Assembly: GCA_050331235.1 (NCBI GenBank)
Contig: JBHJHA010000081.1
Coordinates: forward strand, 1-43,773
Direction of reading: 5' to 3'
Length of the DNA: 43,773 nt
Source: Leptolyngbyaceae cyanobacterium
GTDB taxonomy: Bacteria > Cyanobacteriota > Cyanobacteriia > Phormidesmidales > Phormidesmidaceae
The first letter of the stretch is position 1; every line of letters begins with the position of its first letter. Under the pieces are notes generated by a model, which searched no databases, was not told the DNA's origin, and was given only the letters and a program-made list of their open reading frames with translations. Positions 21,512 to 31,483 of the stretch are shown here, one piece after another. A program made the position numbers and the translations under genes.

Positions 21512-21982
21512 TCATTCAACCGGTTGATCGCTGAGCTGTACCGTTTCGATTAAGTCTCGCGGTAGTTTGGTGGGCTTGCCTTTGCGTGTGAGATAGAGAT
21601 AATCGTCATCGCGCTTGAGTAACTGCCCAACCCAGGTCTGACGTTTTTTGTACATCTCAGTGAGGTGGACTTCGATGGTAAAGCCTTGAAATACGGAAAA
21701 GTCGCGATCGCTGATCAATGTTTCAGAAACACCGGGGCTAGAGACTTCTAACACATAGGCATCGGGGATCAGATCGCTCTCGTCCAATACTGAAGCGAGT
21801 GCCTGACTCATCTGTTCGCAGTCTTCTAGGCTGGTATCTTCTTGTTGAGTATTCCGCACATCGACCCGCAGTACCGGTGGCGAGTAATTAGTTTGAAAGA
21901 CTGCATCCACCACATCCAGCCCCAAATGCTGAGCAACCGGAGCTGCTAAGTCAATAACTTTGGGCACTAGAGGATGAGTCAT
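21512..21982 (-). CDS. rimP: Ribosome maturation factor RimP
   Basis: MTHPL, LRVD, DCE..S, YVLEVSSPG motif; first gene of the nusA-infB operon. Confidence 0.96.
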   Translation of the reverse strand: MTHPLVPKVIDLAAPVAQHLGLDVVDAVFQTNYSPPVLRVDVRNTQQEDTSLEDCEQMSQALASVLDESDLIPDAYVLEVSSPGVSETLISDRDFSVFQGFTIEVHLTEMYKKRQTWVGQLLKRDDDYLYLTRKGKPTKLPRDLIETVQLSDQPVE

Positions 21983-21995
21983 ATAAAACTCCAAT

Positions 21996-22021
21996 AAAAA
22001 AAGTGGGTACAAAGCCCACTT
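21996..22021 (-). promoter_or_regulatory. rimP leader terminator-like hairpin (putative attenuator)
   Basis: Minus strand AAGTGGG-CTTTGTA-CCCACTT-TTTTT directly upstream of the rimP RBS (GGAG); resembles the widely conserved rimP leader. Confidence 0.7.
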
Positions 22022-22139
22022 CCTAGAACATGTCAGAATCAGGAAGGCGCAGATCGCCATTGATCCGCTCAGCTATTTATACTATCGCAAGATCGAAAAA
22101 TGGTTGCTGCGGGCTATGGATCATCCCTCAGAAGAGCAG

Positions 22140-23573
22140 CTACTGGCGCGCTTGAGTGAGATCGTAGAGTTTGTAGTTTTGCTCTCGAATGCCATCAAGA
22201 TCTTCCGCCGAGAGCTGTTTGACGTAGTTGATTTTGATTTCCTCTAAGAGGGCAACTGTCCACTGTTCCAGCTCATCTACGGTTTTGTTTTGCTGTACTT
22301 CATGGCGCAGGGTTTCGCCAACCTTGGTGATCAAGTTTTGAGTAAGTTCAGCGCCTTTTTCATCTTCGATCGCGCCAGTCGCTGCTTGATAAAGATTCTT
22401 GGAGATTTCCGAAACCACTTGCTGGGCAATCTGTTCGGGCAGGTTGCCAATACCCGGCAGCCCGCGAAATCCTTGAAATCCAGGAGCTTGGTCGAGGGCC
22501 TGTAAGATGCTGTGCTGCAAAAGTGCGTCAACTTCCGGTTTGACGGCGGGCAGCACCTGATACATGGTGATGGTGGTGAACTTGTTCGCGATCGCCTCAA
22601 CTTCATTTACTCCATTGATGTCGATATATTGAGCCTCAGACCCTAAGGCCAGGAGCCACTCGGCCACATCGCCATCACGGACTAAATTTTGGACTTGATC
22701 GATGATCCGCAGCACCACAATTTCGGTCAACTCAACGGCAAAAGTGGATACAAAAATCCGATTGACGCGATTGCGCAGGGGGATCAAGTTGATGAGCTGA
22801 GACTGGTTGATCCGCACCGTAACGGGAATGACTCGCAGCCAGCGCCAAAAAGGGAGGAAGAAAAAGAGGTCGTACCATCGTAGGAGTACGGCATCGAGCC
22901 AAGTGTAGTTTTTATAACGACGGCTGATGTAAAACGTTCTCAAGAGCAGTTCGATCGCAAAGAACGCAACGAACCAGCCGTCAATTTTCCAAAAATCATT
23001 GGTGGGGCCGCCGTCTTCGCCAATGCTCCGAAAATAGTTGGTTTCGAATAGGGGTTTCAGCTCTTCATTGAAATAGGTGATTTCTTGGGTCCACCCCTGG
23101 TCAGATAAATAGTCGGCGCTCCAAAACTCATTGAAAGCGGCTTTTGAGGAGTCAACGTCGACGCGATCGCGCACCATGTTTTTGATGCGCTCTAAGGTGC
23201 CTGATTTATCCGCAATTTCAAATGGATTTTCATCGATAATGGCAGCACTCTGATCCCGCACTTCGGATAGCAGAGACTGCGCTTGGGTGGACTGCAAACC
23301 GGTTTGAGCGACTTGGGCTTCGAGCTTGTCTATCGTTTCCAAGTAGTTGACAGTGGTCCGCTCGGGCTCGATTCCCTTAAAGAGCTCCCCATACCAAGTG
23401 GTGAACTCAGGAAGAAAACGAAGATAGATGTCGCGAAATCGGATGTAGCTGGTGTCAAACAACACCAGCATCAAATTGATTAGGGCCAAAATTGCCACAA
23501 TGCGCTCAAACCAAAGGGCGGTGGTTCTCACGATGGGGCGGCGGCGTTTAGTGGACCGAGAAAGAGCTGCCAA
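22140..23573 (-). CDS. Conserved cyanobacterial membrane protein with ion-transport (S1-S4-like) features
   Basis: N-terminal TM, large soluble insert, then FFAIELLLR, RWYDLFFFLP and WRWLRVIPVTVR; helical C-terminus. Confidence 0.75.
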   Translation of the reverse strand: MAALSRSTKRRRPIVRTTALWFERIVAILALINLMLVLFDTSYIRFRDIYLRFLPEFTTWYGELFKGIEPERTTVNYLETIDKLEAQVAQTGLQSTQAQSLLSEVRDQSAAIIDENPFEIADKSGTLERIKNMVRDRVDVDSSKAAFNEFWSADYLSDQGWTQEITYFNEELKPLFETNYFRSIGEDGGPTNDFWKIDGWFVAFFAIELLLRTFYISRRYKNYTWLDAVLLRWYDLFFFLPFWRWLRVIPVTVRINQSQLINLIPLRNRVNRIFVSTFAVELTEIVVLRIIDQVQNLVRDGDVAEWLLALGSEAQYIDINGVNEVEAIANKFTTITMYQVLPAVKPEVDALLQHSILQALDQAPGFQGFRGLPGIGNLPEQIAQQVVSEISKNLYQAATGAIEDEKGAELTQNLITKVGETLRHEVQQNKTVDELEQWTVALLEEIKINYVKQLSAEDLDGIREQNYKLYDLTQARQ

Positions 23574-23780
23574 AACCTTACAGAGGCAAATCGAACCGTA
23601 TAAGCATGCCGTTATTTGACATTATTGTCACCTCCTGGTCAGGGGAGACGAGAGTGCTTTAAGGCTAAAGAAGGTGCACGTAAGCCGTAAAGATGACCGA
23701 ACCAAGCATGCGCTAACCCCATGCATAGCAGAAAAATTGTCAGCCGACTTTTCTCACGATTGATTAAGATGAGGATGTGC

Positions 23781-23798
23781 GTTACATCCTGTTACAAA
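23781..23798 (+). promoter_or_regulatory. HLR1-like direct repeat (putative RpaB site)
   Basis: GTTACATC-CT-GTTACAAA; 15/16 match to (G/T)TTACA(T/A)(T/A)-N2-(G/T)TTACA(T/A)(T/A). Confidence 0.6.
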
Positions 23799-23808
23799 AA
23801 TATTGCTG

Positions 23809-24717
23809 ATGGCTACTGCGATCGCGGCTGCGGGTATTCATGCTGTGCCGTCTCTGCCGGGAGACATTTGGTGCTGGCGAGAGCACGATATTTATTATGT
23901 CAAGGCGGGCGTTGGGGGCAGCGATCGCCCGCCGCTGTTGCTAATCCACGGATTTGGTGCATCAACTGACCACTGGCGCAAAAATATCCACCAGCTCCAA
24001 ACCGACTTTGAGGTATGGGCGATCGATCTTGTAGGCTTTGGTCGCTCTGCCAAAGCTGATTTGCAGTACAGTGCTGACCTCTGGCGCGACCAGCTTGTGG
24101 CTTTTATACAAGAGAGGGTAGGTCGCCCGGTTGTCTTAGTGGGCAACTCTTTAGGGGGTTACACTAGTTTGACCGTGGCCGCCAGTCACCCAGACTGGGT
24201 CGCGGGGATCATCCTCCTCAATAGTGCCGGTCCCTTTCAGGCAAATGCGACCGTCGCGCCGCCCAACCCGTTTCAATCGGCTATTCGACAAGCCATTCAG
24301 ACCTTTATGCTGCAGCCGTTACCTAGCTGGCTGCTGTTTCAATATGTGCGGCAGCGACGCAATATTCGCAAGACGCTTAAGCAAGTCTATGTGGACCAAT
24401 CCATCATCACTGACCAACTCATTGAAGATATTCGCCGCCCGGCAGATGATCCTGGTGCTGCCCGGGTGTTTGCGTCGGTTTTTAAGTCTCAGCGAGGCGA
24501 CTCGGTAGATATTCTGTTAGGACAGATGACAGCCCCCCTTCTATTGCTTTGGGGTGAAGGCGATCCTTGGATGGATACCCATCGCCGGAGCGAGCAATTT
24601 CGTCAGCATTACGACAAGGTGAAAGAGCACTTTTTGCAGGCGGGGCATTGTCCCCATGATGAGGTGCCCCAGCAAGTCAACCAGCTCATTCGGGAATGGG
24701 TAATGACGACGCTGTAG
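23809..24717 (+). CDS. Alpha/beta fold hydrolase
   Basis: LIHGFGASTDHWRKN, GNSLGG, WGE.DPW, AGHCPHDE.P motifs. Confidence 0.93.
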   Translation: MATAIAAAGIHAVPSLPGDIWCWREHDIYYVKAGVGGSDRPPLLLIHGFGASTDHWRKNIHQLQTDFEVWAIDLVGFGRSAKADLQYSADLWRDQLVAFIQERVGRPVVLVGNSLGGYTSLTVAASHPDWVAGIILLNSAGPFQANATVAPPNPFQSAIRQAIQTFMLQPLPSWLLFQYVRQRRNIRKTLKQVYVDQSIITDQLIEDIRRPADDPGAARVFASVFKSQRGDSVDILLGQMTAPLLLLWGEGDPWMDTHRRSEQFRQHYDKVKEHFLQAGHCPHDEVPQQVNQLIREWVMTTL

Positions 24718-24776
24718 CGATCGCTGCAAGTACTGCTTAGGTCTTAGCTAGACCAGCTACTGTCGCGTTCTCTCCC

Positions 24777-25730
24777 CTATTCATCCCAAAGATTTTCAAG
24801 GGTATAGGGTCCTCCCTCAACCACCCAGATGGAGCCATCGACATAGCGGCGATGGCGATCAAGTTGGGCGATCGCCGACATATCCTCTGCGGTTAGTACA
24901 ACGTTTGCTGCCGCCAGATTTTGCTCAATTCGTTCGGGATTGACCGATTTAGGAATGACGGCCGTCCCCCGATGCATGGCCCAGCTAATCAGAACCTGGG
25001 CAGCGGTAACCTGGTGTTTTTCAGCAATTTCAGCGATTTTGGGATCGGCCAGTAACAGCGGCTCATCGTCTGCCTTGAGCGAATTGGGGCGATCGGATGA
25101 GCCCAAAGGGGAGTATCCAGTGAAGAAAATGTGATGCTTTTGGCCAAATGCTAGGAGATCCTGCTGTTGCAGATAGGGATGTAGCTCTACCTGGTTCATT
25201 TCTGGTGGTCGGCTTGCACTTTGCAGCAAAGACTGTAACTTCTTGATACTAAAATTTGACACGCCAAAGTGCCGGGTCAGCCCCTGATCGACTAATGATT
25301 CCATAACCTGCCAGGTGGTCTCAAGCGGGAGGATTGCTGGGTCAATTAGCTTGTCCTGATTGAGCGGAAAGCCTTCTCCTTTCTTAATCGCCACTGGCCA
25401 GTGCATGAGATAGAGATCCAGATAGTCCAACTGTAAGTCTGCAAGGGTTTGTTGGAGACCTGGTTGGACATCCTCGGGCGCATGGGAGTCATTCCACAGT
25501 TTGGAGGTTATCCACATCTCTTCGCGGCTGACGATCCCTGACTGAAATGATGCCGTCAAGGCGCGACCAATTTCCGCTTCATTGCCATAAATTAAGGCGC
25601 AGTCGATATGTCGGTAACCCAACTGAATCGCTGTTTTGACGGCATTGTAAACGTCTCCAGGAGCTGATTTCCAGGTGCCCAAGCCAAGCATCGGCATGGC
25701 ATCCCCGTTTCTGAACTGCAGCGTTTTCAT
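24777..25730 (-). CDS. Aldo/keto reductase
   Basis: GLGTW, HIDCA..Y.NE, TSKLWN, DLYLMHWP, GVSNF, NQVELHP, IPKS motifs. Confidence 0.95.
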   Translation of the reverse strand: MKTLQFRNGDAMPMLGLGTWKSAPGDVYNAVKTAIQLGYRHIDCALIYGNEAEIGRALTASFQSGIVSREEMWITSKLWNDSHAPEDVQPGLQQTLADLQLDYLDLYLMHWPVAIKKGEGFPLNQDKLIDPAILPLETTWQVMESLVDQGLTRHFGVSNFSIKKLQSLLQSASRPPEMNQVELHPYLQQQDLLAFGQKHHIFFTGYSPLGSSDRPNSLKADDEPLLLADPKIAEIAEKHQVTAAQVLISWAMHRGTAVIPKSVNPERIEQNLAAANVVLTAEDMSAIAQLDRHRRYVDGSIWVVEGGPYTLENLWDE

Positions 25731-25800
25731 CGGCGATTAGTTCCCTCAATAAGCTTGACTTGGCGCAATCCTAACCTGTTTCTTGTGGCTGCTTTTGGCT

Positions 25801-26424
25801 TTAGTAAGAGATTGGTTTGGGCAAGGGATGGCCGGGCTGTTGATCGGGACTAGAAGGGGCCGGCAGGGCCTTTTTGAGCAAGAGACGGGACGGTTGGAGA
25901 TTGAGCACAGACCAAAGTGTGGGCTCTTCCCGCTGGAGCTGGTAGCCCATATTTTGGTACAGCAGCTTGGCCCGAGTATTGTCAGTCATGACGTGCAGCG
26001 ACAGCGCTCGAAAACCCCAGTCTAAGGTCAACGTTTCGGCAGCTTGGAGTAGCTGGCGGGCGACTCCTTGACGGCGGGCACTGGCGCGTACGGCCAAATT
26101 AGAGAGATAAACCTGTTGGGTACGATCAAACGCCCATAGGCTCGGTGGGCGGTGGGCAATTTCGACGGTGCCTACCACCATTGGTTTTTGGGTGTAGCGG
26201 TCAGGCGCGATCGCAATCAAACATCGATAGTATTGGTGGCCGCTGTGTAGCCGTTGTTTGAGATCTTCGTAGATGCTAAAGCGCAGGATTGGATGTAGCC
26301 ACCGCTGCCATCCCAACGGGGGATAAAAGCTGCTAGTCAAAACGTCAGAAACTTCCCGCAAATCTTGCATCGACGCAGGCCGCACGAGGCACGAGGCAGA
26401 TTTAAACTCAGCAGATGAAGACAC
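25801..26424 (-). CDS. GNAT family N-acetyltransferase
   Basis: YLSNLAV...RRQGVA..LL, L.V..DN..A..LY...GY; start uncertain (GTG 26424 or ATG 26478). Confidence 0.9.
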   Translation of the reverse strand: MSSSAEFKSASCLVRPASMQDLREVSDVLTSSFYPPLGWQRWLHPILRFSIYEDLKQRLHSGHQYYRCLIAIAPDRYTQKPMVVGTVEIAHRPPSLWAFDRTQQVYLSNLAVRASARRQGVARQLLQAAETLTLDWGFRALSLHVMTDNTRAKLLYQNMGYQLQREEPTLWSVLNLQPSRLLLKKALPAPSSPDQQPGHPLPKPISY

Positions 26425-27023
26425 CGCAATCAGTATGAATGGATATACGTTTGTGCTGGTGATCAACCGGTTGGGCATGTTCTAAACGATATGTCCAATC
26501 AATTGATGAAACCTAATCGACAGTGTAACCTCCCAGCCTAGATGTTTTGCCCAAAGCAGCGATTGGGAATGATGAACAGAGTCTGCAGCGCGATCGATCA
26601 ATCGGGACCCCTGGATGAGTGGCAAGGGCTGATGTAATGAGGTGACGAGGATAAGCGGTTGGCGATCGCGGTGAGTTGCTCGCAACCTGGAGAAGATCAG
26701 CATCCACCCTGGCTATGGGCTAGTTATTGGGACTGCGAGAGAACGCGTTCAAGAATTCGCTCGGTTAGCAGGTGGTTGGTATCGGCGTCGTAATGGGATG
26801 AGGCAGCGCTATTGCTAAACCTAACGGTACCGCAAAGGAATCGGGGACTTATGATTATGCTGGGGGCTAAGCTTGGTGAGGGTAAGGCAAGAATGATAAG
26901 CAATCTCTTTCCAGGTTCAAGGGGGAAGACTGATACTGCATATTAAGTGTCGGCGATTCTGTTGAAATCAGGGCATGTTAGTCGAGAAGCTGCGTTGAAT
27001 CTTTGTGTATCGGGTACTGAGGG

Positions 27024-30000
27024 TTGTCCACTAAGCCGCGCAATGAAATAGCCGGAAAGCCGAAGTTACTGGTCGTAGATGACGAACCAGATAACCTTGA
27101 TCTGCTGTATCGCACTTTTTATCGGCAGTTTAAGGTACTCAGAGCAGAAAGCGGTCACCAAGCGCTGGCTCTGCTGGCTCAGCACCCTGATGTTGCGGTC
27201 ATTATCTCGGATCAGCGAATGCCGGGCATGAGTGGCACGGAGTTTCTGAGCCAAACTGCGGTCGAATATCCCAACATCATGCGGATTATCCTGACGGGCT
27301 ATACCGATGTTGAGGATTTGGTCGGAGCGATCAACCAAGGCAAGGTATTTAAGTACGTTACCAAGCCTTGGGAAGCGACAGACCTGAAGGCCGTGGTGGC
27401 ACAGGCTTTGGATGCTCATCAATTGCTGCGATCGCGGACAGAGGAATTGGAACGGGTTTTGCAGCAAGAGACCTTGCTCAACGCCATGACTAATACCATC
27501 CGCCGGGCAGCAACTGCTCAGGCGATGATGCAAACGACGGCGGAAACTATTGGCTCTTACATGGGAGCTGATATCTGTGTGTTACGGCCTCTGGGCGATG
27601 CGGTGAGTGCGGTGACACCAGCAATTTACACTTCTGAAGCGGTCTCGGTGTCGCCTGAGGCGCTACAGCCAAAAGCCCAGGCGTTGGCCTGGGAAGTAAC
27701 CGACATGACTACCCTCAGCGCGGAGAATCTTCCTGGCTTAGGGGATGGCACCTCGATCATCGCTGATTTAAGCATTCGCTCCAGTCTCTTGGTGCCGCTA
27801 GTGGCCAAGCGGCAGCCCTTGGCTGTACTAGCGCTGCACCAGTGTGGTGAATCGCATACTTGGTTTGAGAGTGATCGCCAAGTCTTTACCACGGTGGCTG
27901 ATCAAACCGCGCTCGCGCTCTCCCAAGCGATTACCTATGAACAGATGGAAGCCCTAGCGCGCCGCGAGCAGTTGCTCAATACCGTGACCCAGGCAATTCG
28001 CTCTAGTTTGGAGCCCCAGGCTATCTTTGCGGCCATTACCCGAGGCCTTGGCCAAGTCTTAGGTGTCGATAGCTGTGTCTTGTCCCTGTGGACTGCTGAA
28101 GATGAATATATGCAGTGTGTGGGATTGTACGAGGGGAGACACCCCCCATCAGCTGATCAGGATGCGGCCTCGATTTCTCGGCTCCCGCGATCGCAGACGC
28201 CGATTCGCAGCAATCCGGTCCTACAGGAGCTACTCGCGACTCAGCAGCCTATCAAAATTGACGATCTGAGCCATCATCCGCAAATGAGTGTGCAGGATTT
28301 GCCGCTACGCTCAGGGGCGCGATCGCTGTTGGTGGTGCCTTTGATCACAGAAGGGCAGATTATTGGCAGTATTTCGTTACGACACATTCATCAACCCCAC
28401 CACTGGCATCGGGATGAAATTGGGTTGGCGTTGGCCGTCTCAGTGCAAGCAGCGATCGCTGTACAGCAATCCCGGCTGTATCAAAAAACACTACAGCAAA
28501 CCGAACAGCTCATGGTTCTAGACCGTCAGAAGACGGAGTTTTTTCAGAATATTTCCCATGAGTTTCGCACGCCCCTAACCCTAACCCTGGGGCCCCTAGA
28601 AGCTGCCATTGAGCAGGGCCGAGGCCTCAACGCTGAGGAATCGACAGTAGCTCTACGTAATGCTCGGCGACTGTTGCGCCTAGTAAACCAACTGTTAGAT
28701 CTGCAACGGTTAGATGCCGGTCGGATGCAGCCGACCTTTCGGCCCGTGGGCATTGATGCCTTTGTGCGAGATATTGTGACGGCTTTTCAGCCCTACTGCG
28801 AACGCCAAGGATTAACCTTGGTCACTAACTTGCCCCCTGGGCCAACGGTTTTTTTAGATCTCGAAAAGTTTGACAAGGTTTTGTACAACCTGCTGTCCAA
28901 TGCGGTGAAATTTACGCCGGAAGGAGGCACGGTCACGGTCACGTTAGAACCGGGGGAGGTGCATTGCGTGCTCAAAGTGTCAGACACTGGCATCGGCATT
29001 CGAGCTGATCAACTGCCTTATTTGTTTGAGCGGTTTCGTCAGGCCGATGGCTCTACCAACCGTCGGTATGAAGGTACCGGTTTAGGACTGTCCTTGGTCA
29101 AAGAGCTGGTGGCTTTGCACCAAGGTGAAATCAGTGTGACCTCCGTTTATGGTGAGGGCACAACGTTTGCCATTACCTTGCCGACTGGGCATCAGCACTT
29201 GCCTCCGGACCAAATCGTCGACCAAGCGGCTACTACCGAAAAGAGCCGTGCCCAGATTGAGCTAGCGGACATTCTGGTATCAACGGATGAGCGATTGTCC
29301 TCGGGAATTGTCCCGTCCGATGCTGGCGATAGTACTAGTGCTGCCCGCATTTTGGTGGTAGACGATAATTGCGACCTTCGGGCATACATTTCCAACGTCT
29401 TGCAGCGGCAAGATTATCACGTCAGGACCGCCCACGACGGCCAGGCGGCATTGGCTATGTTGGAGACATTTTCGCCCAATCTAGTCTTGACGGACCTCAT
29501 GATGCCAGGGATGTCAGGGTTAGAGCTGTTGCAAAAAATTCGCCAGGATGATCGTTTTAGAACGGTTCCTGTCGTGTTGTTGACGGCTAAGGTTGATGAT
29601 GAAACTCGGATTGAGGGGGTAGAACAAGGAGCCGATGCCTATCTGGGTAAGCCGTTTAATGACCGTGAACTCTTAGCCGAAGTCCGTAACCTGTTGGCTC
29701 TCAAAGCCAATGAGCAAAAGGTTAAAGATCTGAACCAATATTTGACCGAATCGGTGCTGCGACGATTCTTGCCGGCCTCTTTGGTGAATAAAGCAGCGGC
29801 GGGCGATTTGCAACTGGCCCTGAAACCAGAACCGCGCCTGATCACCGTATTGTTTAGCGATATTGTTAGCTTTACCCCCCTGTCTGATCGGCTGGGGCCC
29901 CGTCGTTTGGCCCAGGTCTTAAATGAATATTTAAATGCCATGACTGAAGCCATCTTTGCCAGCGGAGGTACGGTGGATAAGTTTATGGGGGATGGGGTGC

Positions 30001-30386
30001 TGGCCTTGTTTGGTGCTCCCGAAGACTTGCCGCCCGAGGAGCAAGCCAGGCGATCAGTCGAGGCAGTGCAGCAGATGCACAAAACCTTACAAGTTCTGAA
30101 TCAACGATGGCAGGCGCAGGATATTCCTGAGCTCCGGGTACGCTACGGTATCCACCAGGGAGAAGCGGTTGTGGGCATGTTTGGTGGCGAAGTTCGGGCT
30201 GACTACACCGCTATTGGCCCCTGTGTGAATATCGCCTCTCGCTTGCAAGAAGCTGCGGAACCTAATGGCCTACTGGTTTCTTGGCGAGTTGCTCAGCATT
30301 TACCAGAATCGATCTTAATCAGCTGCTATGCAGCAGAACTCCGCGGTCTCAGAATCCCTTTGCGGGTATGTGCCATTCACCCCTGA
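27024..30386 (+). CDS. cyaC: CyaC-type hybrid adenylate cyclase: REC-GAF-GAF-HisKA-HATPase-REC-class III cyclase
   Basis: LVVDDE/SDQRMP, two GAF domains, NISHEFRTPL, GTGLGL, TDLMMP, LFSDIVSFT, DKFMGDG, DYTAIG..VN.ASRL; same domain order as Anabaena/Spirulina CyaC. Confidence 0.93.
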   Translation: MSTKPRNEIAGKPKLLVVDDEPDNLDLLYRTFYRQFKVLRAESGHQALALLAQHPDVAVIISDQRMPGMSGTEFLSQTAVEYPNIMRIILTGYTDVEDLVGAINQGKVFKYVTKPWEATDLKAVVAQALDAHQLLRSRTEELERVLQQETLLNAMTNTIRRAATAQAMMQTTAETIGSYMGADICVLRPLGDAVSAVTPAIYTSEAVSVSPEALQPKAQALAWEVTDMTTLSAENLPGLGDGTSIIADLSIRSSLLVPLVAKRQPLAVLALHQCGESHTWFESDRQVFTTVADQTALALSQAITYEQMEALARREQLLNTVTQAIRSSLEPQAIFAAITRGLGQVLGVDSCVLSLWTAEDEYMQCVGLYEGRHPPSADQDAASISRLPRSQTPIRSNPVLQELLATQQPIKIDDLSHHPQMSVQDLPLRSGARSLLVVPLITEGQIIGSISLRHIHQPHHWHRDEIGLALAVSVQAAIAVQQSRLYQKTLQQTEQLMVLDRQKTEFFQNISHEFRTPLTLTLGPLEAAIEQGRGLNAEESTVALRNARRLLRLVNQLLDLQRLDAGRMQPTFRPVGIDAFVRDIVTAFQPYCERQGLTLVTNLPPGPTVFLDLEKFDKVLYNLLSNAVKFTPEGGTVTVTLEPGEVHCVLKVSDTGIGIRADQLPYLFERFRQADGSTNRRYEGTGLGLSLVKELVALHQGEISVTSVYGEGTTFAITLPTGHQHLPPDQIVDQAATTEKSRAQIELADILVSTDERLSSGIVPSDAGDSTSAARILVVDDNCDLRAYISNVLQRQDYHVRTAHDGQAALAMLETFSPNLVLTDLMMPGMSGLELLQKIRQDDRFRTVPVVLLTAKVDDETRIEGVEQGADAYLGKPFNDRELLAEVRNLLALKANEQKVKDLNQYLTESVLRRFLPASLVNKAAAGDLQLALKPEPRLITVLFSDIVSFTPLSDRLGPRRLAQVLNEYLNAMTEAIFASGGTVDKFMGDGVLALFGAPEDLPPEEQARRSVEAVQQMHKTLQVLNQRWQAQDIPELRVRYGIHQGEAVVGMFGGEVRADYTAIGPCVNIASRLQEAAEPNGLLVSWRVAQHLPESILISCYAAELRGLRIPLRVCAIHP

Positions 30387-30521
30387 CGCTTGGGTGGCCG
30401 AGCCGCTGCGAGCCCGCTGCGCTGTTGGCCGCCTATCGAACTGACTCTGTGGGAGACAGAGTGAGGGCTGGCTGACATAAGCTGGGGGAGCAGAAACGCT
30501 GATGTAGAGATGCTGATGTAG

Positions 30522-31451
30522 ATGAGGATAAGGATCAGCAAAGGTAATCCGGCTAAAACACCGCGCTCGGTGTGGGTCACGAGCGCGATCGCCACCGCGA
30601 TTATTCATCTGGGCCTGATCAATTGGGGGCTAGCAGCTTGGTATCGGGCGCATCAAGATGCGACGGCTGCACCGATTCGGGTGATCACAATACCTGAGGG
30701 TGATGCGGGGAGTGAGGCGATCGTTCCCGAAAACTCAGTGCCTGAAGCGTTTCCTGATCCTCCAGCGAGCCCAGGCTCTGCCGTCCCCTCGAACACGTCG
30801 CCGGTTGCGCCGAAGCCCCTAGAGCCATTCATTGACAGTTCGCCGGTGGTTGCCAACGATGCCCCCGCAACGCCAGCAGTATCGCCACCGCCTGTTCCAT
30901 CGGCAGAGCCCCCCCCAGCGCGCCCGCCAATCCCTACCCGCTCTCCTGAACCGCCCCCCGGAGATGTCCCAGACGCAACCGGAGGAGCGGCGGCCCAACC
31001 GTTGCCCCCCGCGCCCCCTGTTCAGCCAGGAGGGGCCGGTACGCAGCCAGATCCAGGCACGCCTAGCACTACTGAAGGCGCTATGGGAGTGGCTTCTTCG
31101 TGGTCGCTACAACCCTTACCCGGAGGGGCTGACCTGCATGATGAGAGGCCTCGATTACCCGCGGGATGGCAGACAGCTACGGCCGCCCTCCTGGAAAACG
31201 CAGCCTGTGCAGAGGGCCTGATGGCCGGAGGGGATACTGCCCGAGTAACGCTGTGGCCCGTTGTTGAGGCCGATGGGCGCATCTCAGAGTTCTTACCCTG
31301 GGAGCAGCGATCGGCTGTCCCCGCTTCAGTTATGCAATGTGTTACGGGATTGAGGGCACAGCTGCCGGCGCTGATCCCCGCTCGAGATGGCGGCGAGGCG
31401 ATTGCGTCAACGGAAGTGCTGCTGACTGTAGAGGTCACCGGGCAGTTGTGA
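30522..31451 (+). CDS. TonB-like protein (TM anchor, Pro-rich linker, small C-terminal domain)
   Basis: SAIATAIIHLGL anchor with His, about 120 aa Pro/Ala-rich region, VTLWPVVEADGRI resembling TonB_C. Confidence 0.55.
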   Translation: MRIRISKGNPAKTPRSVWVTSAIATAIIHLGLINWGLAAWYRAHQDATAAPIRVITIPEGDAGSEAIVPENSVPEAFPDPPASPGSAVPSNTSPVAPKPLEPFIDSSPVVANDAPATPAVSPPPVPSAEPPPARPPIPTRSPEPPPGDVPDATGGAAAQPLPPAPPVQPGGAGTQPDPGTPSTTEGAMGVASSWSLQPLPGGADLHDERPRLPAGWQTATAALLENAACAEGLMAGGDTARVTLWPVVEADGRISEFLPWEQRSAVPASVMQCVTGLRAQLPALIPARDGGEAIASTEVLLTVEVTGQL

Positions 31452-31483
31452 TCAGCCAGACGAAACTAGGGATGAAGCGATTC

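Noticed and set aside
16480..21534. Many 60-110 aa ORFs opposite or overlapping infB and nusA (similar ones overlap cyaC, ppk1 and the TM-repeat gene)
   Set aside because: Shadow ORFs of strongly conserved genes, with low-complexity Ser/Arg-rich translations and no motifs.
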